Source: Octopus bimaculoides
Taxonomy: Eukaryota
DNA length: 64,000 bases
Direction of reading: 5' to 3'
Assembly (NCBI RefSeq): GCF_001194135.2
Contig: NC_068981.1
Coordinates: 152,898,905-152,962,904 of the forward strand
The notes below the pieces were generated by a model. That model did not search any database. It was not told the DNA's origin and worked only from the letters and a program-made list of their open reading frames with translations. Within the stretch, counting starts at the first letter, position 1; every line of letters starts with the position of its first letter. A program made the translations under genes and the position numbers. This document shows, one piece after another, positions 24,801-39,634 of this stretch.

Positions 24801-27800
24801 ATTCTGACCTCTCTGCTCTGAAGTTAGCTTCTTCCTGTTGGTCTTGGAGGCCCTAAAAAGGGTCATGGATATTACCTTTTATCCTCTAATTAAGACATAA
24901 AAAAAGAAAAATACTAAAACAAGTCACTTACAGAGAGACTTAAGCTAAGCACTAGACAAAATGTTTTACAGCAATTATTTTAAACTTTTCAATTCCGTAT
25001 TCAAGTTCCCTGGGACTAACTTTGACTTTCATCTGTTTGGCTTTGATAAAATAAATACCAATAATGCATTATTGACATCCATTCAATTTCTATTATAATA
25101 TTATATAAAAAAAAATATTTTAAAAAGCTGTAAGAAATTGTACAACAAAATAAATCAATAATTATAGAATTAGTAACTTTAAAATTACTTTAAGATATTC
25201 AAGTGTGATTTGAAGAAGCATTGGCTTCTATTTCTAGCAAATCGAAGAACCACGAACCACAGAGCCACGCACACACACACACCTGCTACCGCCACATTCT
25301 CTTTTCTGTGTATTTTACGTTTGCAGAACAAAGTTTAAAATTAATGTAATTTCCTTAAGAATAATATTTATTGTTATTAATTTCTTTATTTTCAAGTTAA
25401 CTGGTGTGCTCATTGGTTTGAATATTTCCCTAATCCTCCAATTAATATTCTTGGAATGATTGAGAACGTCCTTTCACGTCATGATCCCACTCTCTTGAGG
25501 CATCTGATTAAATACAAAGTCACATCTCAGGTATATATATATATATATATCATCATTATCATTTACATCTGTGTGTGTGTGTGCGCGCACACGCTTATGT
25601 ATGTATATCAGTTGTCAGTTTCCCCTTGTATTGCATTTAATAATTAATTTCTGTATACACACTGTCAGTTTTCCAAACTATACATTCGATGTTGAATATT
25701 ACACTTGTGGGTTGCCTACATGCACACCACCAACTCACCTTTCCCTCACTGCCTTTAACAAAGTCCACTCTGTTACAACAAATAATCAAATCTGGGTCTG
25801 AGAATAGCCCAGTATTTTGCTATATTACTTCCTACTGCAGCAAACCATGAATTACAGCTTCCTCTGACCAGTCTTGAAAGCTCTTTGGAAAAGTCATGAT
25901 CTCTGCTCCTACCTCTCTGACTTAACCCATAAATTACAGTACCCTACTTTTATGCTTTTATTTACAAAAAGCCTTCTAGAATGTAGCATATGTAACTGAG
26001 GTAGTATTAAATTAAAATAGCCATCTACAGCCGTAGCCAAAAGTTTGGAACATTTCAAAAAAAATTAAAATTGTTATGCCCAAATACAATTCAATTCGAA
26101 TACATACAATGTAGAGATATACTTACCTAATAATTGATCCAATGGTTCAATATCTAGAAGAAAAAATTTTCAGACGCAGGAGTGGCTGTGTGGTAAGTAG
26201 CTTGCTTACCAATCACATGTTTGCGGGTTCAGTCCCACTGCGTGGCACTTTGGGCAAGTGTCTTCTACTATAGCCTTGGGCCGGCCAAAACCTTGTGAGT
26301 GGATTTGGTAGATGGAAACTGAAAGAAGCCCATCATATATATGCATATACATATATATNNNNNNNNNNNNNNNNNNNNNNNNNNNNNNNNNNNNNNNNNN
26401 NNNNNNNNNNNNNNNNNNNNNNNNNNNNNNNNNNNNNNTATATATATATATATATGTGTGTTTGTGTGTCTGTGTTTGTCCCCCCACCATCGCTTGACAA
26501 CCGATGCTGGTGTGTTTACGTCCCCGTAACTTAGCGGTTCAGCAAAAGAGACCATTGTTCCAAACTTTTGGCCACAAGTGTATGTTTCCTACTTAATGTA
26601 TATACATCACTGCTAGGCCAGTTACATATCTTATGGACATGCTGTGTTAAAAAATGTAATACATATTGGATGGAGGAGAAAAATCATCCTAATATCGCCA
26701 GTGAGAACACTAGATGCATTTCAACCTTTTTGAACCTTTGCAATGATGCATACTCACAGCCAACGATGTGCGCAGTGGAGAATTCATCACCTCTGATATA
26801 TGAAACAATGAATAAAATATACACTTATGTTGCCTGGTTGAGAATTCATTGCCCACATCAGTGTGAAGTGTTATCTCAGGACAAATTTTGAAATAACAGG
26901 CTTATCAATAAAGTACATATATTATGATATTATCTTTTATTTTTTTATGTTTTACTTCTTTCATTCATTGGACTGTGGCCATGCTGGGGCACTGCACTAC
27001 ATATCAACCCCAACACTTATTTTTTTTTAAAGTCTGGTGCTTATTTTATTGGTCTATTTTGCTGAACCACTAAATTATGTAGGCATAAACAAACCAATAC
27101 TGTCTGTTAAGCAGTGGTGGGAGACAAACACAATGACACATACATGCATATGTATACACACACACACATACACACACAAACAACAGGCTATGGGCTTCTT
27201 TCAGTTTTCATCTACCAAATTCACTCACAAGGTTTTGGTCAGCTTGGGGCTATAGCAGAAGATATTTGCCCAAGGTGCCACATAGTGGAACTGAACCTAG
27301 AACTATGTTACTGGGAAGCAAACTTCTAATCCCGTGGCCTCTCTTGCACCTATTGATGGCCATTCTTGAAAAAAAATTTTGCAACAAATCAGGGATACAA
27401 AAAAATGTACAGAACACTATAATAACAGGATGAGGTGTGTAGTTAAGAAGTTAACATTACAACCATATGGTTTCAGGGGGTTCAATCCCTTTGTATGGCA
27501 TCATGAATGTGTTTTACTAAAGCCTTGGGATGACCAATACCTTGCGAGTGAAACTAGTGGACAGGAACTGTGCAGAAGACCATCACATGTGTTCATATGT
27601 ATTTGTGTTTCTGTCACTGCTTGAAAAACACTGTGTTTTTGCTCCATGACCTAGCAGTTCAACAAATAGTGGATGATAAGTACCAGGTTTATGAATAAGA
27701 GCTGGTTGAATAAAATCCTTCTTAGCATTGCTCCAGTATGACCACTGTCCAATGACTGAAATAAGTAAAGGAATAAAATGAAGACTATTTTATTTTTATT

Positions 27801-30800
27801 TTTTCATTTCCTCTGTGTTTATGTTGTCATTTCTTTTTTTTATTTATTGAAATTTAAATCGTATTAGATGTTTTCAAATTAGCTTCCAGAACTAAAACTG
27901 TGTGGCTAAAATGACATGTAAGTTTCTATGGCAACAAAATATGTAAACCAACCAATATTATAACATTTGTAACTAATGCTATGAATCCCAACATATTGAG
28001 TGATCAGTTGTAAGAAGGCCTTTTTTTTTGCTTTTGCATGAGTTATCTATCCTATTTAAAATGAGACATTTTTGCTGTCCCAACATCATGTTATCTAAGC
28101 AGTTAATATATTCATTATTTGTTAAGTCTAGAGAAGAGTGCTCAGATAAATTTTTAGGCTTCATTAACGAGGAGGGGAGATAACTGACTGAAGTTAGCTT
28201 TTTTTATTATTGTTACTATATTATAGCTATAAGGAAAAGATGGACTAAAAAGGAGATCTAAAAGAGAGCAGTTATTGGGAGAAAATGGGATCATCATCGT
28301 CATTTGTCGTCTGTTTTCCATACAGGCATTGGTCGGACGATTTGAGAGGAGCTGTCCAGCTGGAAGGCTGCATCTGGCTCCAATTGTTTGTTTTAGCATG
28401 GTTTCTGTGGCTGGATGCCCTTCCTAATGCCAGCCACTTTACAGAGTGGACTGGATGCTCTTTATGTGGAACCAGTATGGGTGTTTTATACATGGCACCA
28501 GCACTGGTGCTTTATATATGGAACTGACACATGTGCTTTTTACTTGGCACTGGCATAAAAGTTTAATTTAAGATTAGGAATATAAGAGTAGATGAGGTTG
28601 ATAAATGCACTAACAAATATACAGAAATGAAGTATGTGTGTGTTGGGTCTTGAATAAGGGTAAAGGGTAAAGACCCCCTTCAGTCATGAATGGCCATGAA
28701 ATTGCAGCAAGGTTGTTTATGGAAGACCAGCAATTGCCCATGCATACCAACCTCCCTCTCCACATCACTGATCTTATCCAAGGGAAAGACAAAGGCAGAG
28801 AGAAAGACAACTTGGCACCAGTGATATTGCAATTCATTTCTACAGCTGAGTGAACTGGAGCAACATGAAATAAAGCATCTTGCTTAAGACACAACACACA
28901 GCCTGGTCCAGGAAGCGAACTCACTACCTCATAATCAAGCCCAATGCTCTAACCACTGAGTCATGCGTCTTGGATACTTTTGATATATTTAAAAGTCAAA
29001 CAAAAAACTTGATTTTCTTTAATAGAATAGACAGAAGATGACAGCTGATAAATATCTGTCAGACATTATTGACAATTGGCTTTCTTATTAAGTTCAGTTA
29101 ATATTATACTACTCGCTTAAGATTCCTTAACTGCTTACAAGGGACACAAGATGGCAAATCTTTACCAATATCCTTTCTACAATTTAAATATCGAAGATAG
29201 AGTGATAATAAAGAAAATGTATAAATTTGTACTTATTTTGTGTGTATGTATGTGTGAGTGCCTGTATGTATTTGTGCATATCATTACTACTGTTTTAACA
29301 TCCACTTTTCCATGCCTGCATGGATTGGACAGAATTTGTTGATGCAAATTTTCTATGATCAGATGCCTGTCCTGTTGCCAGCCCTCACCTATTTCCATGG
29401 GAGATTCAAAATGAAGCATACCACTTGTATGACAATGACAGTCCTTTACAATTATCACACAATATCAAGACAAGGAGACACTAACACACACAAACACACA
29501 TAACCGACTTCTTTTCAGTTTTCTTCTACCAGATCAACTCACAAGGCTCAGGGTCATAGCAGAAAACACATGCCCAAGTTGCCATGCTGTAGGATTGAAC
29601 CTTAAACCATGGATTGGGAAGTGAACTTCTTAACCACACAGCCACAGCTGTATATACACATATAAATATATATATCACATCACAGTATTGACCATACCAT
29701 CAGATACTGCTATACACTGCTGATCACAATGCGCTTCCAATTCTGTCTTGATTGCATCATTCTTTTCCATCTTGACCCAAAGTTTTGAACCAAACCATCT
29801 TCCCATTGTCGCGGAGGCCTTCCAAGTGACCTTTTCCAATTTCTTAAATACCACTTGGCAACTGCATGAGTCCACATGTCTGTGAACCTTGCAACATGTT
29901 CAGCCCAGCAGAATTTGTGCTTTCAATGCTCTGTGATCACATCATTCGTTCCTCTCCATTCTCAAATTAACTCATTTCAAATGTGCTCTCTTAATGATAT
30001 TATATATGATATATATTTATATGTATCTGCCAATGTATATTCTTTCTTTAGTTTTTTAGTTTGTTTTGGCCATCACAGCTCAAAACAATGCTGAAGCATC
30101 ATCTTTTTTTTAATATAAATCTTCTATTCTTATATCCATAGATTTATGCTTGGCCACTTTTAGAAAGTTTGTTCACTGAAGTTTTAACCAAGAATGAATG
30201 GTTACGTCTTTGGGATCATGTTTTCAGCAACCATCCTGCATTTTTGTTAATGGTTGTCGTAGCTTATGTCATCGGTGCTAGAGCTGCTTTGCTGAAGTGT
30301 GTCGAACTTGATGACTTCAAGGTAAATATTTAATGTATATTTTCACCATGCCACAATTGGAATAATAAACTAATGGTATTTTATATGTTTGCATGGAAGC
30401 ACATGGCTTAGCGGTTAGGGTGTTGGGCTCCTGATTGTTAGATTATGGTTTCAATTCCTGGACCAGATGATGCATTATGTTCTTGAGCATAACACTTCAT
30501 TTCACACTGTGCCAGTCTACTCAGCTGGTAAAAATTGAATAATCCTGCAATGGACTGGTATCCTATCCAGGGAGGAATGTATACACCAGAGAAGCAAGGA
30601 AACCTTACAGAGTAATGTGGACTAGCCATTTTGTATGTTTGTGTTTATAATGAACTGATATCCTGTATGTTTGTGTGCATGGTGAACTGATATCCTGTTG
30701 ATACCTTCATATGAAGTTCTATTTTAGTTTTTCTTCAGCCAACAAAATGCTGTCAACATTGGAAATGTGATTAAAGAAACTTATCGTTTAATATCATCAA

Positions 30801-33800
30801 CACCTGATGAGGTTAACCCATTGAAGTTAATGAATGATTTTGTTCCTTTGACAAAAGGTCAATATCCTGTGTTTAATAAGTACCCCAAGTTTATTGTTGA
30901 TTATCAGGTGAGTTATAATACTTGTATCTTATGAAATTTTCCTTTTAATTTAAGCACATTATAAAAATTAAAGTAAATTTGCATATAAATTGAGCCTTTG
31001 ATTATTAAACTTGAATTCACTTGTCAAAAACTTCAGTGTATAGGTGCAGGCTTGGCTGTGTGGTAAGAAACTCACTTCTCAACCACATGGTTCCAGGTTC
31101 AGTCCCACCACAAGGAACCTTGGACAAGTGTCTTCAACTATAGCCTCAGGCCAACTGAAGCTTTGTGAATGGATTTGGTAAGCAGAAACTGAAAGAAGCC
31201 CATTATATATATATGGGAGAGGGTGCTTTGTGTCTGTCTTTGTCCCCTACCGCTGCTTGATAACTGGTGTTGGTGTATTCATATCCCCATAACTTAGCTA
31301 TTTGACTAAAGAGACCAATAGAATAAGTACCAGGTTTAAAAAAAAAACACAAAGTACTGGGATCGATTCATTCAGCTAAAAATTCTTCCAGACAGTGCCC
31401 TTGCATGGTTACAGTCCTATGATTGAAAGAAGTAAAAGATAAATTTCAATCTTCAGCTGATCTAATATATTCTTTTCTACTCTAGGCACAAGGCCCAAAG
31501 TATTTAGGGAAGGTGCCAGTTGATTAGATCAACCCCAGTATGTACCTGGTACTTAATTTATCGACCCCAAAAGGATCAAAGGCAAAGTCGACCTCAGCGG
31601 AATTTGAACTCAGAATATAAAGACAGACAAAATACTGCCAAGCATTTCACCTGGTGTGCTAACGTTTCTGCCAGCTCGCTCCCTTGCTGATCTAATATGT
31701 TGAATACTAATATGGCAACCTTTTTCATGGCCATAACTCTAATGAAATACATTTCCTATGTTTCAAGTAATTTCTGGAAATTATTAGGAATTTGGAGATG
31801 TTTTGTAAAATAACTAACTTTTTTGTTTATTAATGTATTAAGCTGGCGTTTGAAATATAACATTCAATTACTTGTGTAAAATGATGATGTAGAGTTTAAT
31901 TTAAATATTGAATGGTTTAAAACAGGGATGTTTGTATCAAAGAATAAGCAATAGTCTTGAGTTAGCTGGTAGTAAAAATTTTTAATAAAACTTTTACTTA
32001 AGATGAAAACCGTGTTAAAGGATTAAACAAAGTTTATATCATTATTAAAGCTATTAAAATTTTTCTTAAGTCAAACATTAAAGCTTTCTGTGACCATATT
32101 TCTCATGAAATACAATTATTAAATAATTTGTTACATTCATTCAATAAATAAGAACTTGGAGTAGGTCAATAAAAAAAAAGACATTTTTAAGCTGGTTTTT
32201 GTGATAAAACTTAAATGATTTATGTATAAAATTATGGTAGAAGGATTGTGACAGAAAAGATATCTGAATTTAAACAACTGCCATAAGTATTGTATAGCCT
32301 AGTGGTTCCCAAAGTGGGTGGTATTGATCTCCTGGGGGCAGTGGAAAGTTCCAAGGGGGCATTGGAGAAAAGTGGGGCAATAATGGGGAAGCGATTTATG
32401 TAAAAATTGGGGTGATAATGGGGTAGCGATTCATGTAAAAACAACAAAACAATGGGCTCATTTGATTAAGTTTTATTTGTGAAATACAGTTGCTTTGAAT
32501 TTGCTTCAGAAAGAGGTCTATGCTTGTGATGGTTAGTTGGGGTGTGGGTGCTAGAAATGTGATCTGAGTGTCAAGGGGGTAGTATCCCAAAAAAGTTTGA
32601 GGACCACTAGTCTAGCCCATACCAGCAAGGAAAAACGGGACATGAAATGGTGATGATTCATATTTTTCCCCTCATTTAGCTGCAAATACTTTCATAGAGA
32701 AATTAATTTGCAAATGTATTTTAGTTAAGATTTTTGCTAAAATAATAGACACAATAGTTGGATGTTTAATGTGCTGGGCCCAAAGATCATGAATTTAACC
32801 CTTTAGCATTCAGGTTACTCTGTCAAATGTATTGTTTATTTATTCACATCATTTTGAACTAATCATGCATTTTCTTGAAGCTTCAAGATTTCAATGGCAT
32901 GTTTGTATATTTTTAGAGTAGCATTGTAGGGTAAGTGTGAGAGGCTGGATCTAGTTAGTTTTAACATAAAACAGGTAGAATATTTAGGCCAGATATGACC
33001 AGATTAAATGCTAAATGGTTGAACTGTTGCCTAATAGAGTTTCTCTTATTTTTTCAGTCATATACGAGTTGTCTTTGATACAGAAATTACCCAGCTGTAA
33101 AATCCTTGTTTATTCTGGAATAGAAAAAAATATCATTGTAGAATGATCAAATTTTAAAATATCTTTACATTAATTTTCCATTTGGATAAATTTATTGACC
33201 TTTTTTTAATGAATTTATTTATTGCCTTCCAGAAAAAAGAACGTGAAAAAATACAGCAACAAGAATTAGAGTATTTACGACAAAGGTTAGATGTTTTACT
33301 AAATCCCTTACATTCAGGACCAAACTCTTTTTGCATGTGTAGTGTTAGTATTGGTTGATTATTGTCCCCTCTTCCATGTCTTTTTGATTTGCATTTGTTT
33401 TGATGATGATTGACAGAACATGATGATTGACATAACATATCTTATTAACTGTAGGATTTAATGTAGCATTGTTTCATCATTATGTCTCTCAAAGTTAATA
33501 ATCTCTGGGATCCCTGCTGCTCACAAGAATACTGTAACCATTAGGGTTTTACACCCTCATCCACTCCTCAAATACAAGCAGCGCTAAGAAGATTCATTCA
33601 GGATTCTCAGCCAATTGTCTCTTGTTTGAATAAGACTAGGAGATAGCCATCACCAGTATTTGACTGGAACTTCATTTAGAATTGTAAAAATAGAGAAAGA
33701 AAAGTTATGTCCAGCCCATTCCAGCATGGAGCATGGACATTAAATAACAATAATGATGATGATGATTTCTAGTTGAATTTTCTCAAACATGACAGAAATG

Positions 33801-36800
33801 TTAACGTTTATATGTTGTAATTCACTGAACATCTAAAATTTCTGAGATTTGGGAATTTAGCTGTTAGTTGATCAAATCACTTAGAGCAAGCATGATTGAT
33901 CAGAACCATTTTTTGCTTCTTAAAAAAACTTGCAATTAAAGTTTTTCTCTCTGATGCAGGACAAATATTCAAAATGTTGAAATTTTCACTCTTCATAAAT
34001 GAGCCATCAAAAGCACAAGTATGCAAATTAAGCTATCCACTATGGTGCTAGCCTAATTTGCAATTACTTTATATTAGTTGAATATTCTGTACTGTTGACT
34101 GGAGAGGGAAACTGGGTGCATCTCTGGGGAGCAGTCAACGGACCATGAAATGGTCCATCAGGAGACTCACATCCCTTTTTTTCTGCATATCAAAAGCATA
34201 GATAGAATCTGTTTACATACTTATTATAAAGCTGGCTTTATAATACTTAAATTTAACTCATTTTAATTGTCTTTTTTATTTACAAACTTTTAATATATTA
34301 CTATTGTATGTCAGGAGAAAGAAGCTATTTAATAAATTACTAGTTCTATTAAAATTGTAGTTACATCTGTTCTTTTGCTTTATATTTGTTGATATCAGTC
34401 TAACTATGCTGGAATAGTTATTTTATCTATGTATTTTGTCTATATGTTCATAGATAATCAGATGCAAGTTTCAAATATCTCAAGCATGCTTGAAACAGTT
34501 GGTAAAATTATTTTTAAATAGGTGTTCTAGACCAAGATTGTTTAAGTTTTTGTCTACTCACCAAGCATATAGTCATATAATCTTTCTCTGAATGCAAATC
34601 ATACATAGCTAAATATGGAACAATTTTTTTTTTTTTTTTTTTAATTGAAAATGATATTTACTAACTTATTCAGACAACTGTCTCTGGAACTCCATAAAGC
34701 AACACTACATAGACAACAAGAAGAAGAAGCTTGGTTCCGACAACAAAAACTGTTATTGGAGGCTGAAGATAAACGACGGAAAATCATGAAAGAGGAAGAG
34801 GGAAAACTTGCAGAACGACGAAGGCAGTAAGTTTTATGTCCAGTTACTGTAAATTCATAATGTCAGAAGTTGTTGTTTAACCCCAAGTAAACCATGTCTG
34901 AGGAGAGGAGATCTATGATCAAAGGCATTCCAGTTGTAACTACTCCATCTGTTGATTATGTCTAGAATTACACTCTCCAATGTGATGGTGCTGTTTCTTG
35001 TTGGAGGAGAGACTACTTAGAGTCACTGTCATTAGCTTAGGCAACTATGTATTTGGTGAAAACAGTAAAATATCAGACAAGAAAGTTTTTAATTTGCTGT
35101 CATATTTCTACAGTTAAACTCTATTAAGGTAACTTTATCTTTTATTCTTCCTCCATAAATAAAATACATTTTAGTTTAGTATTAAGATTAGTTCCATTAT
35201 TGGGCCTTAGGAAAAGAAATCATTATTTTACTGCAAGGAAAATAGCATTTCTGTCCATTGATGTGGGTTCAACCTGTTTTCGTATTCATGCATGTTGACG
35301 TGATCAAGATGTTTTCCTAACTTGCAATTCATTCTTCTAAACACTTGTTGTACTTGGTTTGTCTGACACATCACTTCTTGAGTGTTCATAAACATTTTAG
35401 CAGAATGTTGATAATAATGAAGTTTTACTTAGCTAATTTATAAATTATTGTGTTGATTATTTTTAGAAACTCATTCAGTTATTTAAAGACGATTCTTGCT
35501 TCTTTAGTGTTTCCATTTTATTCATATGAAGTACAACTGAAGTGATAATATTTATATTATATTTTGATTACTTATATAATGGATATAAAACTTAGAGAAA
35601 ATCTCATTGCAATTTATAAGGTTACAGACAATGAATAAAGAAGCAAAAGTTAAACAACTGAACCTTCTGGATGATGTCCGACACAAATTCCTCAGTTTAC
35701 TTCGGAAACAGCATGAAATTGAACTCCATCGCTTGAACGATCAGGTTTCTAGTCAGGTTGGTATCTGCTAAATGTCTTCACTTATCCTCATTACTACCTT
35801 TATCATTTTCATGGCCAGATTTTCAATATCTCATGAGTTCTGCAATGCAGTAACTCTTTATGCAATTTAATTTTATGTCATCTCATCCCACTGTTCTGAA
35901 ATTTAACATACCTTTATTCTTTTATGAATTTTCACAACAACAAAAACTAGTACTGTCTACTAGGTACTTATGATACATCTTCACCCAGCATAATCACTTT
36001 GGGGATGCTTGTCCATGATGATGCCATATAAAAAGCACTAGTGATGGATCTACATAGAAAGTACTGATGATGGTGCCTTGTAAAAAGCACTGGTGCCACA
36101 TAAAAAGCACCCAGTACCACTCTGTATAGTGGTTAGCATTAGGAAGGGCATCCAGCTGTAGAAACTAAGCTAAAACAGATTATGGAACCTGATGCTGGTT
36201 TCTAGCCTTGTCAGCTACTGTCAAACTATCCAACCCATGCCAGCATGGAAAATGGATGTTAAATCATGATGATCATGATGATGATGACGATTATATCTTT
36301 ACCAACAGAGTTTTCTCTGTTGCAATCATTTTGATGCTCATTTAGTCTTCTCGACTCACTTCTGTTGAGCTTTTCTCACCTGTTATGATTATACCTCTAA
36401 CAAACCGTGTTCAGCTTGTAACTTTTAAATAACTGCATATAATCCCTAGGCAACCTTTTTCAGGCAGCAGGCTGCAAGAGACAGGACTCATCATCAAGCA
36501 GGCTGCACTACTAAAAAAATTTATGGTAATTTTTCATTGGCATGCCATTCAGAAAATCTCATGGGTTGCAGTTTGCCTATGACTGACTTATATTCACTGT
36601 TTCTGTTCCTTTGACATACAATATCACATTGCTTGTACAATGGTGATACTTTTTCAACTATGACATGTTGTCAAGATAAGGGCACACATACACACACATG
36701 CACACACAGGCATGCACGCACACACATGCACACACACACACCAGACTTCTTTCAGTTTCTGTCTATCAACTCCACAAGGCTTTGGTCAACCTAGGGCTAT

Positions 36801-38840
36801 AGTTGGAGGCATTTGCCCAATGTGCCAAACATTGTGGGACTGAACTTAAGATCACATGGTTGGGAAGCAAGCTTCTTGGTCACACAGCCATGCTTGTATT
36901 TGTGCTAAATTTAAACTTGGTCACCAATCATGCTGCTGTTGGATCTTGAGGTTTAAAATGTGCAATATCTAACTTGCATGCTTCTCTGCTGTTGAATCAG
37001 CTTTAGGTTTTTTTTAATGTGTTGAAGCCATATATCAAATAAGAGTAACCTGCAGCATAACAGAAGTGATGTAGGGAGTGCCAGTCTCAGGGAATAATCA
37101 TCATTCCCAACTCATGGATCATGGACATTTTTTTATCCTTACTTCATAAACTTGTCTTCTTACTGAGTGTCATTTCATTGAGATAAATCACTTTGTGGTT
37201 TTTGTCTATTTTCAGGAGTCACAGCATGCAAGAGAATTAGAAGATGTTATATCAGAAGCTGAGATGAAAAAATTTGAAAGAGAGCTAGAGAAACGCTTGT
37301 ATGAACAAGTAAGTATATTCCATACAACTAGTTTAATGAAATCAAATATAGTGAACCAGTAATCGTTTCATCGGAATCTGATTCAATTATCACTATTGCT
37401 CATACATGACATTAAAAAAGATCTAAGACAAAAATGGGAAACTGTCTCACTGACAGGATCTGAACCACAGATCACTTGCCAAATGACTGTGTACCAGCCA
37501 ATCCCTTCTATCTTAAATTAATTACTTACATTCATTTTTCTCTGCTGTTTTATTTAATAGTTTGCTGTATTTTTTCCAACTGTGATATTTTTATCTCTAC
37601 AAGATAATTTAGTCAGATAATTAGCATAACAGGACAGGTTAAATTTTATATATAAATATTATATTTTATATATATACTAATACATAAGGTGTGCCCAGCT
37701 CATCAATTGAATATTTGCAAGAAATAATCTCATAGCATATTATACTAACTGTCAATACATTTTTCTTCAAAATGTCACCATGGCCATCAACAACATTTTA
37801 TTCTTGATTTCCATGGTGTTAGACAAATTTAAAATGTTTAGAACTATCTTAATTTTATTAAAAATCTCAATTTGTTCACCACCATCCCATCTTATTATCT
37901 TTTAATGTTTCCCCTACTTATCAATCTCAATTTAATCATCCACTGAAACAGCAACATCTACATTACCATCATCATCATCATTATCATCATCATCCCATCC
38001 ACCTAAGTAATATTCTATATTTATAAACACTATTATCTTGTGTACATTATAAGAATTTTTTACTTTTTGCAAACTTAATGAAATATGAAACAAATAAGTT
38101 TAATAGTGGAACTCAAAAGTAAATAATTCTATAAGCAACATCATTCGGAATACTGGATTAAAGAACCCCTTGGGTAGCATCATCATCATCATCTTCATCG
38201 TTTTATCTGCTTTCCATGCTGGTATGGGTTGGATGATTTGACAGAAACTGGCCAGGCAGGAGACCACACCAGACTTCTTTGTCTGTTTCGACATGGTTTT
38301 TACAGCTGGATGCCCTTCCTATCACTAACCACCCAGCAGAGGGGACTGAGTGCTTTTTACATGGCACCAGCATAGGCGAGGTCAACCTTCACCTTTTTTT
38401 TTTTATCAAAGGGTCTTTTTTTCCCACAATTCTACATTCTATTATTTATAGCCTTAACTTAAAGGCAGTAAACTTGCAGAATCNNNNNNNNNNNNNNNNN
38501 NNNNNNNNNNNNNNNNNNNNNNNNNNNNNNNNNNNNNNNNNNNNNNNNNNNNNNNNNNNNNNNNNNNNNNNNNNNNNNNNNNNNNNNNNNNNNNNNNNNN
38601 NNNNNNNNNNNNNNNNNNNNNNNNNNNNNNNNNNNNNNNNNNNNNNNNNNNNNNNNNNNNNNNNNNNNNNNNNNNNNNNNNNNNNNNNNNNNNNNNNNNN
38701 NNNNNNNNNNNNNNNNNNNNNNNNNNNNNNNNNNNNNNNNNNNNNNNNNNNNNNNNNNNNNNNNNNNNNNNNNNNNNNNNNNNNNNNNNNNNNNNNNNNN
38801 NNNNNNNNNNNNNNNNNNNNNNNNNNNNNNNNNNNNNNNN

Positions 38841-38896
<56 letters not shown>

Positions 38897-39603
38897 TATA
38901 TGTATATATTTATATGTGTCTGTGTTTGTCCCCCTGCCATTACTTGACAACTGATGCTGGTGTGTTTATATCCCCATAACTTAGCGATTCGGCAAAAGAG
39001 TCTGATAGAATAAGTACTGAGCTTACAAGGAATTTCTTCAACTAAAACCCTTTAAGGCAGTAGCCCAGCATAGCTGCAGGCAAACGACTGAAACAAGTAA
39101 AAGAATAAAAAAGAAAAGGAAATGTGAACAATATAGAAGTCTCACTGGTAAGAACAAAGCTTCTAAACATGGATGGAGATGGTAGCTCATTTGTAATGAC
39201 CTCAGATATGGGTTCATGTCCCACAAGTAGCCTTTGACATTTTTTCCTATCTGAGAGGGTTTTCAACCCAATATTCGACATGCTATTATTTATTGCTTTA
39301 TCTGCTCTGAGATCCACCATTAAAATGTTTGTATAATATTTTTCTGATAATATTTTTTAGGAGACACTGCGAGAATATATTCAGACTTCTAATGCACTCA
39401 AGTCTGATGAAGAAATCTCTAAGAAACATGCTGAACTTGAGTCAAGAATTATGGAGTGTATGATTGAGTTATTAGGAGATAAAAGACACCAGGTAATAAG
39501 GATTTCTAATATAGGCATTAAGCCACATGTTTGGGTGGGAGAAGCATAAAGTTGATTAAAAATTGCTCCCAGTGGGTAGTATTATATACATACATACATA
39601 CAT

Positions 39604-39634
<31 letters not shown>

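Noticed and set aside
30728-30738. Second AG (TTCTTCAG) 11 nt inside the exon as alternative acceptor
   Set aside because: It would shift the frame, and the upstream AG restores the conserved FFF.
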